DNA of 31,044 nucleotides. Source: an uncultured virus (IMG/VR IMGVR_UViG_3300020727_000009) (lineage: Duplodnaviria; Heunggongvirae; Uroviricota; Caudoviricetes). This document shows, in pieces, positions 25,342 to 31,044 of the stretch. Under the pieces are notes generated by a model. It was given only the letters and a program-made list of their open reading frames with translations, did not search any database and was not told the origin of the DNA. The stretch lies in IMG/VR virus record IMGVR_UViG_3300020727_000009, positions 62,001-93,044 of that record, one strand, 5' to 3'. The position numbers and the translations under genes are program-made. Position 1 is the first letter of the stretch. Each line of letters starts with the position of its first letter.

Positions 25342-25599
25342 TTAGTTGTAGTCCTCATCATCATAAGGACCGCATTCACAAGAGAGAGCATTACGCCCAC
25401 ACTCTTGGTGATACCAGCCATCACGAGACCAGCCATTAGGCCACTCGTATGCCGTACATCTAGCACAAGGCTCAATCTGCGCATAGTATGTATCGCCCCA
25501 CTCATCTGTAATGATGAGCGAGTCAATAGCATAGAAGGCATCTCTACGCCGTGCTGAGCACTTCTTATAGTGCTTCTTCTCCGTACGATTACTTGCCAT
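25342..25599 (-). CDS. Cys-rich hypothetical protein
   Basis: GAGGAGG RBS; CARC, H..C and CEC. Confidence 0.6.
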   Translation of the reverse strand: MASNRTEKKHYKKCSARRRDAFYAIDSLIITDEWGDTYYAQIEPCARCTAYEWPNGWSRDGWYHQECGRNALSCECGPYDDEDYN

Positions 25600-25905
25600 T
25601 CTTTACCTCCTCAGGTAGATAGTTGGTTCTTGTGAACTACCTGATAATAGAGAAGCCACCAGCCGTATAGCCTGGTCTTACGCCTACGCAGCGGAAGGGC
25701 TATACGGCCAGTGGCCTATTCGTTGAATAAAGGACTAGAGACTCTCTCTGGGGCGTGCTAACGTTCCATAGCACTGTGTGGCAGACATACGTCACCAGGT
25801 TATAGGCAATAAAGCCATCTGATTCCCCCACCTATGCTCATAGATAGCAATTACCTATGAACATAGGAAGGGTATGGGGCGTTACACCCCATACTCTCCT
25901 AGAGA

Positions 25906-26421
25906 CTAAGCGAGAGTAAGGGCTTTAGCCTCAACAGCGAACACCTTTGGAAGTAATTCCAAGATGTCAAGGCGGAGTTGAGCCACTTTCGCTGGGTCTT
26001 TCGTAACGGTCTCGTCAAGAGCCTTGACAAGAGCGTTCTTGATAGTGCTCAACTGGCGGTCAAGCACTACATCTGCCTCAATCACTTGGGCATCCCAAGT
26101 GATGAGTTCAGCAATCATCATCACGCTTGAATCGTGAATGGTGATTTTTGAGCGGAACTGCCTAATCGCCTCGAGATAAGGCTTAACCTCTGTAAATGAG
26201 AGGTGCTTAATCTCGCCGTCAATGACGGAAGAAGCCTTAGAGCAGATGTAACCTGCCCAGACTAGGTCAACGGCTGCCTTGGTCTTGAATAGACCAGCGA
26301 CATCTCCGACATTAGCAAGCGGGTAAGCCCGAAATGCATCAGCGGACATTGACACGATAGTCTCCTCATACGAGTTGGCTATCTTGGCGATAGGCTGAAA
26401 CGCCTCTAGAATTGTAGACAT
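25906..26421 (-). CDS. hypothetical protein; first gene of the leftward block
   Basis: AGAAAGG RBS; 171 aa. Confidence 0.75.
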   Translation of the reverse strand: MSTILEAFQPIAKIANSYEETIVSMSADAFRAYPLANVGDVAGLFKTKAAVDLVWAGYICSKASSVIDGEIKHLSFTEVKPYLEAIRQFRSKITIHDSSVMMIAELITWDAQVIEADVVLDRQLSTIKNALVKALDETVTKDPAKVAQLRLDILELLPKVFAVEAKALTLA

Positions 26422-26774
26422 AGGTCTACCTTTCTGGATAAGGTACTACACTTCCCTTATTCCGCCCCTAGTACCGATTCGAACGGCTAACACCACCTGA
26501 TGCTAGGGAGCGAGAGAGTCTCTTTCCTTTCCTTCTGCCCCTTATGGGATACCCCTATGGTTAAACTTCGTCGCCTAGTGCTCTTGGCAGACCAGACGGA
26601 GGGTTGAGACTATATACAGGTGGGCAGTGGCCGAAGTGACGCATGTTACATTTTAAAAAATTGGCGGGGGATTCCAAGCGTCCTATGATCATAGGGAGGC
26701 GTTTTAGAGGTGCTAGGTTTTATAATTCTCAGGAAACTATAACTTCAGGCAGTGGCCTGTGGTAGAGTTACACC

Positions 26775-27326
26775 ATGGCAGAAGATAACATTCCAGAGGG
26801 TTACTATCGAGGTAAGAATGGTAGGCTCTATCCAGCTAAGCGTGAGTCACTCCTAGATCGCACAGCTCGTGAGCGTGCTGAACGGGAAGCTCAAGCAGCT
26901 GAATCAGATGCTGATAACAGTTCTGACGTCCTCGGTGGGTACAACGCTAACTACAGCACCTATCAAGGCAGCTACTTCTGGCCATCCTCCTTTGAGGTCA
27001 TTGATGCTCCTACCAGCGATAAGTCAAAGAAAGCTGATAAGAGAAATCGTGCTATCGAGTGTGCATACAATGCAGCTGCGGAGTTACTAGTCATAGTCTT
27101 CAGAGCATCTACTCTAGTCATCAAAGATGGGCTAGGTAATAGAATTTCGTCAAATGCCGGGGAGCCGCCATTCATTAGGTATGCTGGGGTGAGCAAGGAT
27201 GATTGGGAGGACCTAAAGGTGGCTGAGTCTACCGGTAGGTGGCTCATTGACTCTGGTGTCACTGATCTGGCAACCAAGAACGATAGAACCAGTATTGAGG
27301 CTTTAGTTAGCGAATTTGGTGAATAA
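26775..27326 (+). CDS. KTSC-domain-like protein
   Basis: R....AY......L.IVFR...Y.GV....WE.L..A.S.GRW pattern. Confidence 0.7.
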   Translation: MAEDNIPEGYYRGKNGRLYPAKRESLLDRTARERAEREAQAAESDADNSSDVLGGYNANYSTYQGSYFWPSSFEVIDAPTSDKSKKADKRNRAIECAYNAAAELLVIVFRASTLVIKDGLGNRISSNAGEPPFIRYAGVSKDDWEDLKVAESTGRWLIDSGVTDLATKNDRTSIEALVSEFGE

Positions 27327-27331
27327 TCGGC

Positions 27332-27397
27332 TATACTATATACAGGTAGGCCGAATGGCTACCTATCTTAATTAATTTCGTCTAAGGAGAAATTATC
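27332..27397 (+). promoter_or_regulatory. -10 box and two-hairpin 5' leader of hsp20 (ROSE-like)
   Basis: TATACT 27332-27337; hairpins 27344-27364 and 27373-27395, the latter containing the RBS. Confidence 0.5.
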
Positions 27398-27931
27398 ATG
27401 GCACACCCATATCAAAACCCAGGCTATCAAAACCCAGGCAAAGACCCACATGCAGATCGTTTTCCAGATCCGTGGAGTCCTAAGCAATATCCAAAGGTAA
27501 CTACAAATCCAACTCAGACAGAAGTAACCATTACTTCGCTATTTCCACAGTTCAACCGGTGGGCAATCGGGTTTGATCCACTATTTGACACATTCTCTCG
27601 TGTCTCTAGTGCAAAATCTAGCGGGTATCCTCCATACAACATCTTCAAATATAAGGACAATTACGTCCTAGAGATCGCTGTAGCAGGATTTGCTAAGGAA
27701 GATATCAAGATCTCTGTACAAGAGCTCACACTGACCGTAGAAGGCGTTAAATTGCCATCTGTGGACGAGTATGTGCACAAGGGAATTGCTAACCGTGACT
27801 TCAAGCAGGACTTCGTATTAGCGGAGTATGTAGTAGTCAAGGGAGCAGAGCTTAAGGACGGTCTGCTTCGTATTAACCTAGAGCAGGAGCTCCCCGAGGA
27901 GTTGCAGCCGAAGGTAATCAAAATCAAGTAA
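27398..27931 (+). CDS. hsp20: small heat-shock protein (Hsp20/IbpA-like)
   Basis: IGFD..F, YPPYNI, LEIAVAGF, Y.HKGIA.R.F...F.L and A.L.DGLL.I.L motifs. Confidence 0.95.
   Translation: MAHPYQNPGYQNPGKDPHADRFPDPWSPKQYPKVTTNPTQTEVTITSLFPQFNRWAIGFDPLFDTFSRVSSAKSSGYPPYNIFKYKDNYVLEIAVAGFAKEDIKISVQELTLTVEGVKLPSVDEYVHKGIANRDFKQDFVLAEYVVVKGAELKDGLLRINLEQELPEELQPKVIKIK
27410..27439 (+). repeat. 15-bp in-frame tandem duplication
   Basis: TATCAAAACCCAGGC x2, encoding YQNPG twice. Confidence 0.9.
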
Positions 27932-28032
27932 TATACGCTATACTATTAGCAGAGCCCCTAGTTTCTACGGCGAATACGTGGCTAGGGGCTTCTGTAAAGA
28001 GACTAGCATTGGGTTTTACTGGAGCATTTTAA

Positions 28033-28104
28033 TGGTCGTTAGCTCATTGGTAGAGCGCCCTACTCATAATCGGGAGGCGCCTGGTTCGATTCCAGGATGA
28101 CCAA
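28033..28104 (+). tRNA. tRNA with CAU anticodon (elongator Met or Ile2), no encoded CCA
   Basis: acceptor TGGTCGT/ATGACCA, D arm GCTC/GAGC, loop CTCATAA, T arm CCTGG-TTCGATT-CCAGG; one mismatch in the anticodon stem. Confidence 0.85.
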
Positions 28105-28180
28105 CGTTGTCAAGCTCAATTCCGTATGAAAGATTGCGATTGGCTAGGCAACCCTTTTATGGAGGCAAGGAAGAAGAGTT

Positions 28181-28345
28181 ATGGATAACGAAGAAGCAAA
28201 AGAAGCTATTGATAACGCACGTAGGGATAAGAAGTTAGCAGAATCTATCCGTAGAACTATGGAAGAGCATGCAGAACTCCTAGAGAAGCTAGGCGACTAC
28301 GATGAGAATGGAATCCCTTACTGGGATCAGCAGATACACGATTAG
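28181..28345 (+). CDS. small hypothetical protein (54 aa, not in ORF track)
   Basis: purine-rich RBS; MDNEEAKEAIDNARRDKK...LLEKLGDYDENGIPYW. Confidence 0.55.
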   Translation: MDNEEAKEAIDNARRDKKLAESIRRTMEEHAELLEKLGDYDENGIPYWDQQIHD

Positions 28346-28387
28346 TACTGACACCGGTCCGGCGTCCGAAAAAAGACGGAGAACTAC

Positions 28388-28588
28388 ATGTATACATTGG
28401 GTGTGATTAGTGGGATGTTGTTGGCTTGGGGGTGGCTTGTGTTTGCTTCGCCTCATGCAAGAAAGACTTACAAGGAAGAGGTTGAACAGCGTGGTACTGT
28501 AGAAGTCCGCTGCAACCATTGTGGTCAGATGAGTTGGGTAAACTACGGAGAAGTCCGTGTTGATACGAAATGCATGAAGTGCCGCTAA
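28388..28588 (+). CDS. membrane-anchored zinc-ribbon protein
   Basis: N-terminal TM helix; CNHC...CMKC. Confidence 0.65.
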   Translation: MYTLGVISGMLLAWGWLVFASPHARKTYKEEVEQRGTVEVRCNHCGQMSWVNYGEVRVDTKCMKCR

Positions 28589-28749
28589 TGCCAAACTACG
28601 ACTATAAGTGCAACGTCTGTGGAGGCGTACAAGAAATCTACCAACAGTTCGGTGATAGCACCGTCCCTGTCTGCTGCCAGCAATCTATGAGTAAAATTTT
28701 TCAAGCGACCCCCGCCGTTTTTAAAGGCGGCGGTTGGGGTGGACAGTAA
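28588..28749 (+). CDS. FmdB-family zinc-ribbon protein (53 aa, not in ORF track)
   Basis: MPNYDYKCNVCG...CC...M.K....P.VFKGGGW. Confidence 0.85.
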   Translation: MPNYDYKCNVCGGVQEIYQQFGDSTVPVCCQQSMSKIFQATPAVFKGGGWGGQ

Positions 28750-28763
28750 GGTAAACTGTCCCT

Positions 28764-29156
28764 ATGGATAGATATAGAAGCAGCCGGTATAAACCAGCAA
28801 GCTATGAGGACTACGCTGCGACTATATCCGCTATTGATCGTGATGCGAATCGTAGTCGGGTCTTTGGGCCCGGCTATGAGGAGATATACGCCCCTACCTC
28901 TGGTGGTCCACGTCCTAGAGCTATGAAAGCTGGGTATAACCCAAACAACGAAACTTTAGTGATCATCATGCGGGATAACTACACCTGGATCCAATACGAC
29001 CAGGTCACCCCCGATATGTGGTCAATCCTAGTAAACTCCGTGTCTACCAACGACTACGTAGATACAGTTCTAGCTAATTGGCCATGGCAAGTAGTCAATT
29101 ACGGCAATCTCCCACGTACCCGCAGCCAAAACTTTGAGTTGGGTTTTGAAGAGTAG
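28764..29156 (+). CDS. KTSC-domain-like protein
   Basis: PTS...PRA..AGY......L.I.MRD....QY..V....W..L..S.ST..Y pattern. Confidence 0.7.
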   Translation: MDRYRSSRYKPASYEDYAATISAIDRDANRSRVFGPGYEEIYAPTSGGPRPRAMKAGYNPNNETLVIIMRDNYTWIQYDQVTPDMWSILVNSVSTNDYVDTVLANWPWQVVNYGNLPRTRSQNFELGFEE

Positions 29157-29191
29157 CCTGCTACCATTAGGTACTACGACGAGAGGGAACT

Positions 29192-29758
29192 ATGACTACG
29201 CTTGCCGCAATCCAAGGTGATGGTTGGTCCGTTATAGGCTGTGACTCACGTGCATCCGATGAGGGTGGACGTTTTATGGATCTTGCTACTCATAAGATCG
29301 TAGAGAACAATGGTGCCCTTATTGCAGTATCCGGCGCATCTCGTGGTGGCAACATTGCACAATTCGGTTGGAAAGCCCCAAAACCCCGTGTCAATGAGAA
29401 CCTAGACTTATTTATGACAAATAAGTTCATACCTTCACTACGCAAAGCTTTTCAGGATGCAGGCTATGAAGGTAAGGATGACGGAGCGGCTGCAGAGCAT
29501 GACTCTCAGTTAATCGTATCTATCTGTGGCGTCATCTACCCTATCTTCAATGACTACAGCTGGGACCGTGAAGCTCGTAACGTCTACTACTCAGGTAGCG
29601 GCGGAGACCTAGCACTGGGTGCTTTGGAAGCTTTGAACTATACAAGAGCTACAACTCCTGAGGCTGCCGAGAAGATTTTAAAGAAAGCAATTGAAATTGC
29701 CATCAAACATGACATTTATTCGGGCGGAGAAATTCACACTTACGTACAAGAAGGCTAG
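29192..29758 (+). CDS. proteasome-beta/HslV-like Ntn threonine protease
   Basis: N-terminal (M)TT, D17-S-R19, K34, GSG...ALGAL and D.YSGG. Confidence 0.85.
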   Translation: MTTLAAIQGDGWSVIGCDSRASDEGGRFMDLATHKIVENNGALIAVSGASRGGNIAQFGWKAPKPRVNENLDLFMTNKFIPSLRKAFQDAGYEGKDDGAAAEHDSQLIVSICGVIYPIFNDYSWDREARNVYYSGSGGDLALGALEALNYTRATTPEAAEKILKKAIEIAIKHDIYSGGEIHTYVQEG

Positions 29759-29828
29759 TCTCTCTGTTACTATTCTCTAGTCCCAAGCGCATGGGACTTT
29801 AACCCTCTCTAGAGAAAAAGGTAACATA

Positions 29829-30797
29829 ATGGCAACAAGCCTCGAAGGTAATAACCTCGATTCTGCCGGTAACGTAGCAGTTGACTTTGTATGGGGTCCA
29901 TTCCCTCTACAGCCAAATGATGCACGTACAGCAGGAACACCCTCAGCAACTGTAACAGTTGGCGGTTCACAGAACGTCGGTTGGACAAACACATCTACAG
30001 TCGCTTCAGCTCTTCTTAATTACGCCTATGATAGCCATGCTATTGCAGAAGCTAACTGGTCAGGTCACCCAGGATTTATTGCTGCAGACCCTGTTCTTCG
30101 TGTAACAGCTATCTCAGGAAACGGAACAACCGTTTCATTCACCGCTCAACTTGGTGGAATTAACCCAGCTTCATTGATTGGAACAAACGTAACCGTAACA
30201 GGCTCAACAGTTTCAGCATTCAACCTCACAAACGCAACAATCGCTTCCGCTACTGCTCTTGGCTTCACAGTCACAAGCGCAGCTGGTTCAGGTGTCTCAG
30301 TAACCGGTCAAACTGCTACTGCAACCCTTGGTGCTGGTGCATCTGATTCAGATGGTTCATATATCGGAACAACCGGATATGTAAACGTTTCAAGCGTTAT
30401 CGGACAAACCACTGCAAACGCTACATCTATCTTGACTGCTCTTGAATTAGTACCAACAACTGGTTCTGCAGTAACTAATACAGCTAAGACCGTTACAGCA
30501 GCTTCACGTACAGCTGGTTCTGCAGTAACAACAATCACCGCTTCAGGCCACGGCTTTGTAACAGGTGACAAGGTTGTATTGACTAGCGTTGATGCTTCAG
30601 TTAATGGAACATACACAGCTACATACATCTCAGCTACACAGTTCTCAGTATCTACCACAGCAACCACAGTCTTGGCTCTTACCGGACTTTCTGGTTCTGT
30701 ATCAGGTGTTTCTGGAACAGTTCACACCCAATCAATTGCAGCTGGAACAGCTTCAGTTGCCGCAGGTGCAGCTATCACAATCGCTTCATGGGCTTAA
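29829..30797 (+). CDS. probable virion structural protein with repeated beta-rich modules and a PASTA-like segment
   Basis: Thr/Ala/Ser/Gly-rich; biased high-expression-type codons; HGF.TGD.V...NGTY module; V..VIG.T...A...L and G.V..QS.AAG. Confidence 0.7.
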   Translation: MATSLEGNNLDSAGNVAVDFVWGPFPLQPNDARTAGTPSATVTVGGSQNVGWTNTSTVASALLNYAYDSHAIAEANWSGHPGFIAADPVLRVTAISGNGTTVSFTAQLGGINPASLIGTNVTVTGSTVSAFNLTNATIASATALGFTVTSAAGSGVSVTGQTATATLGAGASDSDGSYIGTTGYVNVSSVIGQTTANATSILTALELVPTTGSAVTNTAKTVTAASRTAGSAVTTITASGHGFVTGDKVVLTSVDASVNGTYTATYISATQFSVSTTATTVLALTGLSGSVSGVSGTVHTQSIAAGTASVAAGAAITIASWA

Positions 30798-30813
30798 TCG
30801 CCTAACAGTAATT

Positions 30814-30841
30814 AGCCGGGAGTTAACGCTCCCGGCTTTTT
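30814..30841 (+). terminator. intrinsic terminator
   Basis: AGCCGGGAG-TTAACG-CTCCCGGCT followed by TTTT. Confidence 0.85.
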
Positions 30842-30863
30842 GCTTTAGTGGGAGAATATACCC

Positions 30864-31044
30864 ATGACTCACCCTAAAAAAGAGCACAGACAGTTTAGAG
30901 TGCCGCTTAAAGACCCAGCAACAGTTGGCAGGCTGGGTGACGCCAGATTCCCCCTTCCAAATTCCGTAGTAGACTACGACCAGCTCTATTATGGCTTAGG
31001 GCCAGATTCAGACATAGATATGGATCAACGACAAGGAACGGATG
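30864..31044 (+). CDS. hypothetical protein, truncated by the window end
   Basis: ATG 6 nt after GAGAAT; frame open to the end (MTHPKKEHRQFRVP...). Confidence 0.55.
   Translation, partial: MTHPKKEHRQFRVPLKDPATVGRLGDARFPLPNSVVDYDQLYYGLGPDSDIDMDQRQGTD

Noticed and set aside
28709..28722. CCCCCGCCGTTTTT as a fourth copy of the second motif
   Set aside because: It is an imperfect match and is explained by the FmdB coding sequence (TPAVF).
373..30867. Numerous antisense or nested ORFs in the track (e.g. 6021-6437, 10236-10706, 16444-16710, 30308-30667)
   Set aside because: They are shadow frames of well-supported genes.
1..31044. Stop-codon reassignment, integrase/prophage boundary or diversity-generating retroelement
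   Set aside because: All three stop codons end tightly packed genes; no suppressor tRNA, integrase, host genes or reverse transcriptase is seen in the window.

Overview
This is a segment of a tailed dsDNA phage genome, most likely infecting Actinobacteria (inferred from WhiB, DUF4192-like and MSMEG_6728-like genes, leaderless-type starts and a class II RNR; moderate GC suggests a low-GC freshwater lineage). It has three blocks. (1) 1-13137 is rightward: a lysis cassette (permuted NlpC/P60, HNH-like protein, CHAP endolysin, several small membrane proteins), hypotheticals, a nucleotidyltransferase / HAD-like / TGT-like cluster and a B12-dependent ribonucleotide reductase. (2) 13207-26421 is leftward, probably early/accessory: many small genes, HicA-like, pyrimidine-dimer glycosylase-like, a MoxR AAA+/VWA pair, WhiB, tRNA-Arg(CCU) and structured intergenic regions. 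(3) 26775-31044 is rightward: two KTSC proteins, Hsp20, tRNA(CAU), FmdB zinc ribbon, a proteasome-beta/HslV-like protease and a virion protein. The most striking unexplained signal is a 12-bp asymmetric motif (YCAACAYAAACA on the coding strand) present 12 times at about 0.7-1.4 kb spacing between 13149 and 24751. It is always co-oriented with transcription, often lies inside genes in different frames, and once lies inside a canonical promoter. Also notable are two covarying pseudoknots flanking tRNA-Arg, two candidate structured ncRNAs and a ROSE-like hairpin before hsp20. All calls were made by eye from motifs; no database searches were run.
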